Origin: Bacteriovoracaceae bacterium
GTDB lineage: Bacteria; Bdellovibrionota; Bacteriovoracia; Bacteriovoracales; Bacteriovoracaceae
Reading direction: 5' to 3'
Assembly: GCA_965217035.1 (NCBI GenBank)
Contig: OZ244226.1
Location: 1,470,146-1,534,145, forward strand
Length of the DNA stretch: 64,000 nucleotides
Numbering within the stretch: position 1 is the first letter of the stretch; each line of letters opens with the position of its first letter. The notes beneath the pieces are model-generated. The model did not search any database. It had not been told where the DNA came from and was given only the letters and a program-made list of their open reading frames with translations. Position numbers and translations under genes: made by a program. Shown here one piece after another: positions 1 to 10,208 of this stretch.

Positions 1-1
1 A

Positions 2-61
2 TCATCAGAACCAGGATCAACCACTTTCATTCTACTTGTCCCCGTTTGTACAGAGGAATAA
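2..61 (+). CDS. 3' end of a probable sensor histidine kinase (partial, runs off window start)
   Basis: Frame 2 reads SSEPGSTTFILLVPVCTEE*, resembling the HATPase_c C-terminal strand. The stop lies 1 nt before the response regulator ATG. Confidence 0.5.
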   Translation, partial: SSEPGSTTFILLVPVCTEE

Positions 62-62
62 A

Positions 63-431
63 ATGAACGTCTTAATCATCGAGGACGAAATTCTAATACT
101 AAAATCATTACAAATAGTTTTCCAAAAACTAGGTCATCATGTTGAAACCGCTACTCTTGGCAGACAAGCACTCGAGAAGATTCTTTCTAATGACTATGAT
201 ATTATCATCACAGATCTCATGCTGAATGATATCAGTGGATTTGATATCTTGGAGGGCTCTCTTAAGAAATTTCAAAGAGAAGAACTTCCGTCGCGCTTCG
301 TCATTATGAGCGCCTATAGCTCAGAACAAATCACGACTAGAGCGAAGGAATATAATTGTCTCTTTCTAAGCAAGCCCTTTGATAATATCCACAAAACGGT
401 AGATGATATTGTTAATAGGTTTAAAAAATGA
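63..431 (+). CDS. single-domain response regulator (receiver)
   Basis: LIIEDE acidic pair, phospho-acceptor in ITDLML, MSAY, SKPF. ATG at 63 with GAGG upstream is preferred over TTG at 36. Confidence 0.9.
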   Translation: MNVLIIEDEILILKSLQIVFQKLGHHVETATLGRQALEKILSNDYDIIITDLMLNDISGFDILEGSLKKFQREELPSRFVIMSAYSSEQITTRAKEYNCLFLSKPFDNIHKTVDDIVNRFKK

Positions 432-1324
432 AAATTAAGAATCTTGGAATCGTTCTCCGTCCCATTAAAAATTCAAAATTCCAAAGTATGTTGGACCATT
501 TGGTTACATGGTTATCAAGAAGAAAAGTTAATACTTCGTTCCTCGCGACTGAAGAAGAAAGGCTTAAAAAAATTATTTCTTCTTCTCAGTTTTCAAAATT
601 GAACTTTGTTGATTTTAATGATCTGTCTGACTTAGATGCCATTCTTACTCTTGGAGGAGACGGTACTCTTATTGGCCTTTGTAGAAATTTAAAAAAATCT
701 AAAACTCCAATTATTGGTGTTAACTGGGGAAAACTTGGATTTATTACTGAATTCAGTGCCCAAGAAATGTTTGATGGCCTAGAAAATATTCTTAAAGGAA
801 AGTATCAAACAGTCCAAAGAAGATTATTTCGAGTGATCATAAAAAAAGCGGATAAAACAGTTTTTCAATCTAAATTTGTTAATGATGTTGTTATTAGTAA
901 ATCTAATATCGCTCGTATGTTTCAACTTAATGTGGACTGCGGTGAGGATATGAATTTTAAAATTTCTGGAGACGGTCTCATTATAAGTTCTCCGATGGGC
1001 TCAACTGCTTATTCTCTTGCAGCAGGAGGCCCAATTGTTCATCCGTCAGTAGGAGGCTTAATCGTCACCCCTATTTGTCCTCATGGACTTACCCACAGAC
1101 CTATGGTTATTCCTCAGGACTCTCAGATCAAAGTTAATCTTCAAAACAAGGAAGACGAAATCGCTGTCACTATTGATGGTCAAGTAACTCGTCCTCTTGA
1201 ATTCAATGAAACTCTCTTTGTTGAAAAAGACACGAGAAGAAGCCTTTGTTTCGTCCTTAACCCAGAAAAGAGTTATTTTCATACTCTTAAAGATAAGCTT
1301 ATGCTTAACCGGAGAACAATTTAA
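428..1324 (+). CDS. nadK: NAD kinase
   Basis: GGDGT, GKLGF, ND, GDGLIISSPMGSTAYSLAAGGP motifs; directly upstream of recN. Confidence 0.95.
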   Translation: MKIKNLGIVLRPIKNSKFQSMLDHLVTWLSRRKVNTSFLATEEERLKKIISSSQFSKLNFVDFNDLSDLDAILTLGGDGTLIGLCRNLKKSKTPIIGVNWGKLGFITEFSAQEMFDGLENILKGKYQTVQRRLFRVIIKKADKTVFQSKFVNDVVISKSNIARMFQLNVDCGEDMNFKISGDGLIISSPMGSTAYSLAAGGPIVHPSVGGLIVTPICPHGLTHRPMVIPQDSQIKVNLQNKEDEIAVTIDGQVTRPLEFNETLFVEKDTRRSLCFVLNPEKSYFHTLKDKLMLNRRTI

Positions 1325-2949
1325 TGAGTAAAGAAGACATTCAACTCTCTCAACTCAATCTTCAAAACTTTGCTACATTTGAAAGACAATCGATAGAATT
1401 CGGTGACGGACTTAATATTATTATTGGAGAGACAGGATCTGGAAAAAGTTTAATTTTTGATGCTCTTCAAATTGTTCTTGGTCAAAGGGCCGATAAGAAC
1501 TTAGTTCGTACAAATACTGAATTTTCAACTATTGAAGCAACATTTTATGCTGTTGGTGAGCATGTTCATGAATTTCTTCATGAAATAGGATATCCGGGGG
1601 ATGGAAATGAAATTGTTCTCAAGAGAATTGTTTATGCTAATGGAAAAACTAAATCCTTTATCAATTTTCAACAGTGTAATTTAAAAACACTTCAAAGCTT
1701 TTCAAGTCGCTATATTGACCTTGTTGGGCAGTTTGAAAATCAAAAACTGCTCTCCTCTAAATACCAACTTAAACTTCTTGATCATTATTCTGGAAATACA
1801 AATTTGTTAACGAATTATGAAAACCAATTTATTGATTACAGTGATCTTAAAAATAAAAAACAAGAACTTGAAGAAAAAAAGAGTTCTCGAGATCAACGGT
1901 TAGACTATCTTAATTTCCAAATTAATGAAATTGAGGAAGTAAATCCCGAAGTAGGAGAAGAAACAGGCTTAATTCAAAGAAAAGATTCATTAATGAACGT
2001 CAAAGAGCATGAGAAGGTTTTAGAAAATCTAAAATATCTCTACTTTGAAGGTGACAATGCCCTCAGTCCTTTGATGGCCAAGATAAAAAAGCTTCTTCTT
2101 GAAAATATGGAAATTATTCCAAATGAAGCTCTTAAAAACTTTGAGCAGGCCCAAGCTTTGCTCGATGATTTTAGTTATCAAATTTCAGATATAAATCTAG
2201 AGGAATCAGAGGAAGACTTAGAGAGTATTATTGATCGACTTGATAAATTTCAGAAACTTAAAAGAAAATTTTCTGGCTCGATTGAAGATGTTATCCATCT
2301 CCTTGAAAGCTTTCAAATAGAAAGACAGGAACTCGATAATATTGCGACTAACCTTGATGAAATCGATGGAAAAATTGAGCTTGTTTTAAACAAAATGAGT
2401 GAATTCGCGACCAAGCTTTCTCAAAAAAGAAAAACAAATGCTAAGAAGCTCTCAACAGAACTCTCGAAAGCTATTCAATCGCTTAATATGAAAGGTGCTC
2501 AAATTAAAGTTGATTTTTCGAAACTCAAAGAATTTGGAAAATACGGAAATGATAAAATTGCTATTATGGCGGAAACAAACCCAGGTGAGGGATTTTTTCC
2601 TATTGAAAAAATAGCCTCTGGTGGTGAACTCTCACGTATTCTTTTATCTATTAGACAAATTCTTGTTGGAGACTCTATTTCTATCTTTCTCTTCGATGAA
2701 GTTGATACCGGAATAGGAGGAGAAACAGCACTTCTCATTGGAAAATCACTAAAGAAAGTTTCATCTAAATCTCAGGTGATTGCGATATCGCATCTTCCAC
2801 AAATTGCAATTAATGCAGACCAGATTATTAAAGTGGAAAAAAGCACTGTTAAAGTTAAGAAAGACATTAGAACACTTTCTAATATTCAGATTTTAACAAA
2901 ATCTTCTGAAATCAAGAAAGAAACAGAATTAATGACACCGTTATCCTAA
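1324..2949 (+). CDS. recN: DNA repair protein RecN
   Basis: Walker A GETGSGKS, long coiled coil, ASGGELSR signature, FDEVDTG Walker B, SHLPQIA. Confidence 0.95.
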   Translation: MSKEDIQLSQLNLQNFATFERQSIEFGDGLNIIIGETGSGKSLIFDALQIVLGQRADKNLVRTNTEFSTIEATFYAVGEHVHEFLHEIGYPGDGNEIVLKRIVYANGKTKSFINFQQCNLKTLQSFSSRYIDLVGQFENQKLLSSKYQLKLLDHYSGNTNLLTNYENQFIDYSDLKNKKQELEEKKSSRDQRLDYLNFQINEIEEVNPEVGEETGLIQRKDSLMNVKEHEKVLENLKYLYFEGDNALSPLMAKIKKLLLENMEIIPNEALKNFEQAQALLDDFSYQISDINLEESEEDLESIIDRLDKFQKLKRKFSGSIEDVIHLLESFQIERQELDNIATNLDEIDGKIELVLNKMSEFATKLSQKRKTNAKKLSTELSKAIQSLNMKGAQIKVDFSKLKEFGKYGNDKIAIMAETNPGEGFFPIEKIASGGELSRILLSIRQILVGDSISIFLFDEVDTGIGGETALLIGKSLKKVSSKSQVIAISHLPQIAINADQIIKVEKSTVKVKKDIRTLSNIQILTKSSEIKKETELMTPLS

Positions 2950-3135
2950 ATTAAAACTATCTCAACAAAGATATTGATATCGCAAACTAGAGAAATCATT
3001 CATTTTTTTAAAAACTGTCTAGTTAATAATCACTTTTTTTTGGAATATGTAAAATTATCCCTTTTCCTTTAATAGGAAATCTTTATCAATTAAAATTATG
3101 AAGTAATGAATATTTAATTTTCTTTTGGAGAAAAA

Positions 3136-3663
3136 ATGAAGATTGTATTGAATTTTTTTTTCGTTTTTACAATGTTATTTTCAAACTTGGCTCAAGCTAG
3201 AAATCTTGATATTGATATGAGACAAGGCTTACAGGCTTTGCATGAAAATGGGGTTTTAATAGCGAATAATTATAACAGCACCGATGGAACTCTCGAGCTC
3301 ATTTTTGATAAAAATAAAATTTCGAAAAATTATATCGATTTACTTGAAAAATCTGGAATGACAATTGATATAAAAAGAAGATCAATTATAGTTATTGCTA
3401 AAATCGATCCAGACGACTACGAAAATTTTCAAAATATATCACTTGTAGAAACTCTTGAAACTGGTTCATGCCCAATAACTACGTCAAGCTTAACAAAGAA
3501 AAATAGCAGGGGATTAGCTCAGCTATATTCTATTGAAGACTTAACATTTGAGATAGTTATTGCGTGTGTGGTTATCTCAGTACTGGCAATAGTTTTAGGA
3601 ACTATGATTTCAGGAAAATTTGATAATAACATCGATGAAAATGAAAAAAGTCAAAAAAACTAA
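3136..3663 (+). CDS. hypothetical protein with signal peptide and C-terminal TM helix
   Basis: GGAG RBS, AQA signal cleavage site, hydrophobic IVIACVVISVLAIVLG. Confidence 0.7.
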   Translation: MKIVLNFFFVFTMLFSNLAQARNLDIDMRQGLQALHENGVLIANNYNSTDGTLELIFDKNKISKNYIDLLEKSGMTIDIKRRSIIVIAKIDPDDYENFQNISLVETLETGSCPITTSSLTKKNSRGLAQLYSIEDLTFEIVIACVVISVLAIVLGTMISGKFDNNIDENEKSQKN

Positions 3664-3677
3664 TATTTAATAATCAA

Positions 3678-3708
3678 AAGTCCTTTGAATCTATCATTTA
3701 AAGGACTT
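3678..3708. terminator. hairpin between convergent genes (likely bidirectional terminator)
   Basis: AAGTCCTTTGAAT-ctatc-ATTTAAAGGACTT inverted repeat. Confidence 0.6.
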
Positions 3709-3736
3709 CCAAATATACATTTTAATTTCAGTTTAA

Positions 3737-4468
3737 TTAACTTAGTTTTATAAGCTCTGTACTGCCTGCTCTATCAAGAATAAAACTCTGAGTGTTCGGA
3801 AAATAGCCATTATTATAATAATTTTCAAAATCATCTTGAATATGGCTATGCCCAAGAATAACCTTTTGAAACCCCATCGATTTAACAAACTCAGCGTATC
3901 CTCGAAACTGCTCTCGGCTGGTTTTTTCTTGAAAATTTCTTTGCATCAATCGAGAATTATTTTGCATTTTACTTTTCAACTTCATTGCATGCTTGTAATC
4001 AATGAAATAGTTAATAATTGTCTTCGCAGCATGAGACCGCATAAACTTTCTATACTTCAAATATTTAGGATTTTGAAAATCAAGTTCGTCTCCATGAGAC
4101 AAGTAATATCTTTGGTTTTCTTTATAAATTTCAACTCTATCTTTACAGTATTTAATCTTATTTAAATTTTCTTTTGTAAGGGCCTTCTTCAAGACATCAT
4201 AATAATGAAAGTCATGATTCCCTTCGACACAAATTATTTTCTTTCCTCTTGAAAGCTCTGAGTTTAAAAGTTGAAAAAATTCCCGATATTCCTCAATATA
4301 CTCATTATAATCTCCAACGAGAACATCAAAAATATCTCCAAGAAGAAATATATATTCAGTATCGATAACTTCAGGATGTTTAAAAAAGTCTAAGAATAAC
4401 CTATACTTAGGATCAGTTTTCGAATCTACATGAACATCAGAAATCGTTACGAAATCATCCTGTTTCAT
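3737..4468 (-). CDS. lpxH: UDP-2,3-diacylglucosamine diphosphatase (LpxH-family metallophosphoesterase)
   Basis: SDVH, LGDIFD, GNHDF, HGD, GHSH motifs; start taken at MKQDDF. Confidence 0.8.
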   Translation of the reverse strand: MKQDDFVTISDVHVDSKTDPKYRLFLDFFKHPEVIDTEYIFLLGDIFDVLVGDYNEYIEEYREFFQLLNSELSRGKKIICVEGNHDFHYYDVLKKALTKENLNKIKYCKDRVEIYKENQRYYLSHGDELDFQNPKYLKYRKFMRSHAAKTIINYFIDYKHAMKLKSKMQNNSRLMQRNFQEKTSREQFRGYAEFVKSMGFQKVILGHSHIQDDFENYYNNGYFPNTQSFILDRAGSTELIKLS

Positions 4469-5195
4469 CAAGTTTAATATTAGACATGACATATATATCT
4501 ATTATGTTCCTATTTTCCTTAGTTAGTCTAATAAATTGAAAACACGCTTTAAACCCCCTATAAGCAAGCTTATTATGTGGATCAGGATCTATCGGAATTA
4601 AATTAACAAGCTCAAGATCAGCATCAATCCTTCGCCCATTAATAATGACATCAGCAAAATAAATTCGATCTCCCATTTTAAACATTTTTGATTCAGTTTG
4701 AGTCATGATAAAACTCAAACCTCCAACTGAAAGATCATAGCAATTTTTTTCAAAAAACTGGTTAAACCTTTGAGCACCATTCACTTCTTTTTGAAAAGCT
4801 ACTTGAACATCTTTTTCGTCAATTCTTGTTCTTAATGATTTTCTTCTCTCTTGTCTTACGATTCTATCCGGTAAATGAGCGACCATAAAAAAATCATTAC
4901 TCAATTCTTTAAGCCTTGATTGAAAAAGAACATTACCTTCAGGCATATAAAAATTAATTTTTTCATAACCCGTTGTGATCTTAACAAGTTCATCAAAGTT
5001 TTCTTTAGTAACCTCAAAAAGAAGTTCGTTTCTATGTGATCTGACAACTTTAAGATTTATAGGAACAGTAACTTTCACATCGCCAAAAATCCTCCATGCA
5101 AGTATCAATTTTTTGGACTCGCGAATTTCTTTAAGCGTTCTGATAATTGCTTTTTGCTGAAAATTCTGAGCGAGTATATTACTTTTCTTTGCCAC
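4455..5195 (-). CDS. PilZ-domain protein, YcgR/flagellar-brake-like
   Basis: ERRKSLR (RxxxR) and DLSVGG (DxSxxG) c-di-GMP motifs after an N-terminal domain. Confidence 0.8.
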   Translation of the reverse strand: MAKKSNILAQNFQQKAIIRTLKEIRESKKLILAWRIFGDVKVTVPINLKVVRSHRNELLFEVTKENFDELVKITTGYEKINFYMPEGNVLFQSRLKELSNDFFMVAHLPDRIVRQERRKSLRTRIDEKDVQVAFQKEVNGAQRFNQFFEKNCYDLSVGGLSFIMTQTESKMFKMGDRIYFADVIINGRRIDADLELVNLIPIDPDPHNKLAYRGFKACFQFIRLTKENRNIIDIYVMSNIKLDETG

Positions 5196-5211
5196 TATTC
5201 CTGATCCTTAT

Positions 5212-6045
5212 TTATAAAAGTCTTAAAGCACTTTGCGGTATTTGATTCGCTTGGCTTAAAATGCTAGCGCTCGCCTCTTTAGCCATTGTTGCACTTGCAA
5301 GCTTTGAAACAGATTCAGCAATATCTGCATCCTCTATTGTTGATCGAGCTGCCTCTTGATTGATAACTTGGGTATCAAGATTTGTAATTGTTGATTGAAG
5401 TCTACTTTGTACTGCTCCAAGATTTGCTCTATAGCCACTCAAAGTATCGATCGCATTATCAATATCTTCGATAGCATCTCTTGCATTACCTTTCTCTGTC
5501 ACATCAAGACCTTCGACTCCAAGTCCTGTCAGTGTAGCGTTGGTATCTGCAGAATCCCATGAAAGTTTATACTCTTCACCTTTGAAATTACCAATTTGAA
5601 AGTCCATTGTTCCAATTTCATTTTCACCTTTAATGAGATGAATCCCATTAAAAGAAGTTGATTGAGCAATTCTTTCAATTTCTTCTGAAAGTTGCTGAAA
5701 CTCTATATCAAGATATTCCCTTTCTTTTTCTCCAACTGTGTCCGATGCAGCTTGGATCGTAATTTCTCTCATTCTTGTTAATAAAGTGCTAGCTTCATTC
5801 AAACCGCCCTCTGCTACTTGGACAAGTGAAATACCATCGCTTGCATTTCTTTGAGCTTGCTTAAGACCTTTAGTATGTGATCTCAAACGAGTTGCAATTG
5901 CTAAACCTGCAGCGTCATCAGCTGCTTTTGTAATTCTTTTTCCTGTTGCAAGTTTAGAAAACTCTTTCGCTTGCTCCCGACTCGCATGCTTTAGATGGTG
6001 TTGAGCTTCTAATGCCACAACATTCGACTTAATTCTAAATCCCAT
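5212..6045 (-). CDS. fliC: flagellin (277 aa, no large hypervariable domain)
   Basis: LATGKRITKAADDAAGLAI, RANLGAVQSRL, IEDADIAE, LSQANQIPQSALRLL; ATG 6045 has AGGAG RBS. Confidence 0.95.
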   Translation of the reverse strand: MGFRIKSNVVALEAQHHLKHASREQAKEFSKLATGKRITKAADDAAGLAIATRLRSHTKGLKQAQRNASDGISLVQVAEGGLNEASTLLTRMREITIQAASDTVGEKEREYLDIEFQQLSEEIERIAQSTSFNGIHLIKGENEIGTMDFQIGNFKGEEYKLSWDSADTNATLTGLGVEGLDVTEKGNARDAIEDIDNAIDTLSGYRANLGAVQSRLQSTITNLDTQVINQEAARSTIEDADIAESVSKLASATMAKEASASILSQANQIPQSALRLL

Positions 6046-6086
6046 TTTTACACTCCTAGTGCAGTTTAGTTTCTTTCTCACTAAAC

Positions 6087-6113
6087 ATATCGGAGCAATT
6101 TGCTCAAACTTTA
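6087..6113 (-). promoter_or_regulatory. sigma28 (FliA) promoter of flagellin
   Basis: TAAAGTTT-N11-TCCGATAT on minus strand versus consensus TAAAGTTT-N11-GCCGATAA. Confidence 0.85.
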
Positions 6114-6144
6114 GTCTTTTACTCGGGATTTTAAGTATTTGAAT

Positions 6145-6591
6145 TTACTTAGATTTATTTATTTTTTCGAGAGTATTTGTGGTGGAGTAACCATCTACAA
6201 AATTTAAACTCATAACATCCCCCCCCCAGGACTGAACCTCTTGTGCCCCAACGATTTGAGAAATATCCCAGTCCCCACCTTTAACGAGGACATTAGGCCT
6301 TACCTTATTAATTAAATTCAAAGGCGTCTCTTCACTGAAGATTTCAACAAAATCAACGGCCCTCAAGCTCTCAAGAATAAACTTACGATCAAGCTCATTA
6401 TTAATAGGCCTTAATTCTCCCTTGAGAGTTTTTACACTTGAATCCGAATTTAAGCCTAGAAAGAGAATATCTCCTAATTTTTTTGCTTCATTTAAGTAAG
6501 CGACATGTCCCCTATGAAGAATATCAAAACAACCGTTTGTAAAAACGATTCTTTTTCCTTTTGATTGTTCAAGAAAAGTTTCAAGATTCAT
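6145..6591 (-). CDS. rfaE2: D-glycero-beta-D-manno-heptose 1-phosphate adenylyltransferase (RfaE domain II/HldC)
   Basis: FTNGCFDILHRGH, GLNSDSSV, KG..RP, LVKGGDW, GYSTT. Confidence 0.92.
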   Translation of the reverse strand: MNLETFLEQSKGKRIVFTNGCFDILHRGHVAYLNEAKKLGDILFLGLNSDSSVKTLKGELRPINNELDRKFILESLRAVDFVEIFSEETPLNLINKVRPNVLVKGGDWDISQIVGAQEVQSWGGDVMSLNFVDGYSTTNTLEKINKSK

Positions 6592-7284
6592 TTATGAAGC
6601 TTTAGAAACCCTTGTCCAAGACAGAGCATCTGTTAGACCAAGAATATCAAGTATTCCAAATGTAAAAAGCGAAGCAAAGGATAATAAAGATCTTAAAAAG
6701 GTTTGCTTAAGATGAATTTCTGAATTTTCTTTAGAACTTATCTCAAGACCGAAAAGAGCCATTCCAAGTGTTCTTTGAGTCGTTTTCCAAAAAATTGAAT
6801 AATAAAAAATAAAATAAAAGGAAAAAAGGGGGCCAGTAATATAAACCCAATTTTCAAGAAGACTTACTACATTCCAATTCCAAGCATTTGTCACAAAGTA
6901 TTCAATTGATAACGTTGAAAAAATTGCTGTAACAAAAATCAAACTTGTATCAACTAACCACGAAAAAAACTTATGAAAAAGACTAAGCGCAGATTCAACT
7001 GTAGGATCTGTTTTAATTTTGGGAGCTGTCACCGCTATGTTTTGTGAACCTGAAACACCAAGTGGCGTCGGTCTGCTTGCTATAGTTTGAGATTTTCTAA
7101 TATCTTGCTGAAGGTTTTTTTGTATAGAACGAGCGATTGCTCTTCGAGAGTCATTCACCGCCACCTTGGGAGTTTTTGGAATATTAATCTCTTCAAAGTC
7201 ACTCTTCTTATTAAAACCTAAACCTTTTGTGATTGGCTTAAATTGAAAGCTGGTATCGCTCGATGAGTTGTTATTCAAATCCAT
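6592..7284 (-). CDS. RDD-family membrane protein
   Basis: FKPITKGLGF N-terminus, WLVD, QRTLGMALFGL, FLRS, TDALSWTRV; start at 7284 has GAGG RBS. Confidence 0.75.
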   Translation of the reverse strand: MDLNNNSSSDTSFQFKPITKGLGFNKKSDFEEINIPKTPKVAVNDSRRAIARSIQKNLQQDIRKSQTIASRPTPLGVSGSQNIAVTAPKIKTDPTVESALSLFHKFFSWLVDTSLIFVTAIFSTLSIEYFVTNAWNWNVVSLLENWVYITGPLFSFYFIFYYSIFWKTTQRTLGMALFGLEISSKENSEIHLKQTFLRSLLSFASLFTFGILDILGLTDALSWTRVSKAS

Positions 7285-7340
7285 AAAAAACCTCAAGAGT
7301 TCATTGTTTTTATTTAGAATCTCATAAAGAACAAATTCTT

Positions 7341-8030
7341 TCAATGCATCATATACCCGAAAGCAAAAGGGATTGCTGTGACCGATCGCATTATTGGCTT
7401 ATTCGTCAAACTAACTTCTTTTGAGTTCTTCAAGCTCTTCAATAATCCTATTTCTTCACTCGAAAAGCCCCCTTCCGGACCAATTAAGACCATTTGCTTT
7501 TTATTCCCTTGCCCAGCTGGCGAACTCATATTGCTTGCTTGAGAATTAAAAAAATAAATCTCTTCAAAAATATTGAAATCAAATTCAACTAGTGGGCCAG
7601 CCTCTATAAGTTTTATCTCAAAAGCGTTATTCGATTGTTCATAAGCCGATTTTAATATTTTTTGAATTCGGCTTTCTTTAAGTTCTAGTTTTTGAGAATA
7701 GTCTGATTCAAAAAGATAAAGTTCTTTCACCCCCAGTTCAATACAAGACTTTAGAGCATTTTCTAAATATTCCTTTTTAGGGATGCAGAGACCTAGAATG
7801 GGAGACTCTATATTCTCAGCCTGTTCAACCTTTGAAATCTTTAAAGAGATATTTTTTTTTTGAATTTCAGCAATGATAGATTGAGCCTTTATGCCTCTTC
7901 CATTTAGTAAAAGAATCTCTTGCCCTTCTTTTGCTCTTAAAACATTTACTAAATGATGAAAATCATCATTTTCCAAAAGAATCTCAGAGTATTCTTCAAA
8001 TTGATTATTCCTCAGATAAAGTGCTCTCAT
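7341..8030 (-). CDS. rsmE: 16S rRNA m3U1498 methyltransferase
   Basis: HHLVNVLR, ELGV, AYEQS, LIGPEGGFS, IMRSVTA; ATGA overlap with prmA stop. Confidence 0.92.
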   Translation of the reverse strand: MRALYLRNNQFEEYSEILLENDDFHHLVNVLRAKEGQEILLLNGRGIKAQSIIAEIQKKNISLKISKVEQAENIESPILGLCIPKKEYLENALKSCIELGVKELYLFESDYSQKLELKESRIQKILKSAYEQSNNAFEIKLIEAGPLVEFDFNIFEEIYFFNSQASNMSSPAGQGNKKQMVLIGPEGGFSSEEIGLLKSLKNSKEVSLTNKPIMRSVTAIPFAFGYMMH

Positions 8031-8950
8031 TTCAGACTTAAAAGCAATGAAATCCAATCGCCTCGTTGCTTCATACCTTTTATTTCATAAAGATCATTAT
8101 AAAAACTCATGACACCTTCAACTTGATCTTGAAGAAGGCCAGAAAGAATAAGAATTGGAGACTTTAATGATTTAAGAAGCTTTGATTCTTCTTTTAAAAC
8201 TGGCGCAAGAATATTAGCGAAAATTAGGTCATACTTATTAAAGTTAAGTTTAATTTTTTCTTTTGGTTCATATATTTTGAAGTTATTCACAATTTCATTA
8301 AGCTTAATATTGTCGCAACAATTAGAAAGAGCATTAGTATCAATATCGTAATAGTCACAATGAGCTTCTTTCATCAATAATTGTGTTCCTATCCCTAAAA
8401 TTCCAGAACCACATCCAAAGTCGAGAACACGAGAAAATTTTAAATCGAGAATCCACTCTAAGCAAAGCTGAGTTGTCTCATGAGTTCCTGTTCCAAAACC
8501 TTGCCCAGGGATGATTCTAATAGAAAGCTCATGTCCATCATGATTCTTTTCCCATTCTGGCACAATCGCAATTCTTCCTCCCAGGAGCTCAACTTTTTTA
8601 TAATACTGTTGCCAATTGCTCTGCCAGTCTTGATTCTTTTTTGTAGTAATTTTAACGGTTGCAGCAGGGAAGTTTTGGTTTAAAAATATCATCGCTTTTT
8701 TTGCATCAACAAAGTCTTCAAAAAAAATTTTTTTTGGTCTTTCTGTTTGAGCAAGTTCTAGTTTATCCATCAATTCTTCAGGAAGATCCCCACCGCAAAA
8801 ACTCGCTTCTCCTAAAATCGCATCAACCTCGGCTTCCTCAAGCGCCATTTCTTCAACACCTAAAGCAGCATGAGAATCTATCAGAACAGATTCTAAATTA
8901 AGAGGCCATTCGCCCTGATAGTTAAGATAGTAATAATTCGGGTTTTCCAT
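8027..8950 (-). CDS. prmA: ribosomal protein L11 methyltransferase
   Basis: PGQGFGTGTHETT, VLDFGCGSGIL, ANILA, LILSGLL. Confidence 0.93.
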   Translation of the reverse strand: MENPNYYYLNYQGEWPLNLESVLIDSHAALGVEEMALEEAEVDAILGEASFCGGDLPEELMDKLELAQTERPKKIFFEDFVDAKKAMIFLNQNFPAATVKITTKKNQDWQSNWQQYYKKVELLGGRIAIVPEWEKNHDGHELSIRIIPGQGFGTGTHETTQLCLEWILDLKFSRVLDFGCGSGILGIGTQLLMKEAHCDYYDIDTNALSNCCDNIKLNEIVNNFKIYEPKEKIKLNFNKYDLIFANILAPVLKEESKLLKSLKSPILILSGLLQDQVEGVMSFYNDLYEIKGMKQRGDWISLLLSLK

Positions 8951-9012
8951 GAGCTTCTACTATCGAAATGAGCATGAAATGATAAATGGTCGGTAAAAAT
9001 TACAAGGATTTA

Positions 9013-9044
9013 AAAGCCTCCTAATTTAATAGCTAAGAGGCTTT
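9013..9044 (-). terminator. probable terminator hairpin after 9056..9394
   Basis: AAAGCCTC...GAGGCTTT inverted repeat. Confidence 0.5.
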
Positions 9045-9055
9045 ATATTAAGAGA

Positions 9056-9394
9056 TTAGTTTAAAAATTCACGTTTTTGAATATCACCAAGTTCGATAAC
9101 ATCAAGCTGATCACTATCAATTCGCTCTGACTCAACACTATAAAAACAAACTTTTGGATAATTAGATTCGTTATAGTCGTGATTTTGTATGATAATTTTC
9201 ATCTGACTTGTAAGTCCAACAGAGTTTCGACTAATTTTCCCTTCTCTCACAGTATAGTTATCACCATCATCAGCGATGAGAACGTAATTCCCTAATATAT
9301 AACCAAGATTTCCACAGACCTGATCAGTAAGCTCATTTTTTGCGTAAGAGCTAAGGCTTGCTAAAGATAGGATTACTATAATTAGTTTTTTCAT
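9056..9394 (-). CDS. small secreted hypothetical protein
   Basis: AAGGAG RBS, MKKLII..SYA signal peptide, two Cys. Confidence 0.7.
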   Translation of the reverse strand: MKKLIIVILSLASLSSYAKNELTDQVCGNLGYILGNYVLIADDGDNYTVREGKISRNSVGLTSQMKIIIQNHDYNESNYPKVCFYSVESERIDSDQLDVIELGDIQKREFLN

Positions 9395-9539
9395 TGATTG
9401 ACTCCTTGAATAAGAAAGTTAATTTAAACGCAAATGACATGTAGCACAAAAATGATAAAAAAAAAGAAAAACTGAAAAATAGTGGTGAAATTACATGGTT
9501 TCTTGAGCTATTGTGCCTCAAAGCCTATAGTTCCGTTCC

Positions 9540-10208
9540 ATGATCATTGGAATTGCAGGGGGCTCAGGCTCCGGTAAAACAACATTTGCTGAAAAAGTCC
9601 TAGCACTGGCTAATTCTGAGCACATTGGAATTCTCTCTATGGATTCCTATTATAAGCCTATCCAACCTAAGCAACATTTTACTGAATCTGGAAAACCTAA
9701 CTTTGATCATCCCGAAGCCTTTGATTGGGACCTCCTCGTTGATCACCTAGAACAACTAAAAAGAGGCCAATCAGTAGAAGCACCTATTTATAATTTCAAT
9801 TTTAATAAAAGAGAAAGTGGGGAAACAACTCTTATCGGCCCTTGCAAAGTTCTCGTCCTTGAAGGAATTTTTTCACTTTTTAATGAAGATATTAGAAGCT
9901 TACTTGATATTAAATGCTTTCTTCAAGTCGATGCTGATATTCGTTTTACCAGAAGACTTCACAGAGATATCAAGTCCCGCGGACGTTCTGTTCAATCCGT
10001 CATTGATCAGTATTACGAAACAGTCCGTCCTATGTATCAAAAGTTTTTAGACCCTCAAAGGCAATACGCCGACTTTATTGTTGGAGAAGAAACTGACACA
10101 GCCGCTGTCATCCTTTCTGCCAGGATCAAAGAACTCCTAAGTGATATTCCTGCTCCACTTTTTCAATCACCTAAAATCGAAGAATCTTTTAATGCCTCTC
10201 TCCAATAA
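9540..10208 (+). CDS. udk: uridine kinase
   Basis: IGIAGGSGSGKTT, DSYY, NFDHPEAFD, LEGI, RRLHRD. Confidence 0.95.
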   Translation: MIIGIAGGSGSGKTTFAEKVLALANSEHIGILSMDSYYKPIQPKQHFTESGKPNFDHPEAFDWDLLVDHLEQLKRGQSVEAPIYNFNFNKRESGETTLIGPCKVLVLEGIFSLFNEDIRSLLDIKCFLQVDADIRFTRRLHRDIKSRGRSVQSVIDQYYETVRPMYQKFLDPQRQYADFIVGEETDTAAVILSARIKELLSDIPAPLFQSPKIEESFNASLQ

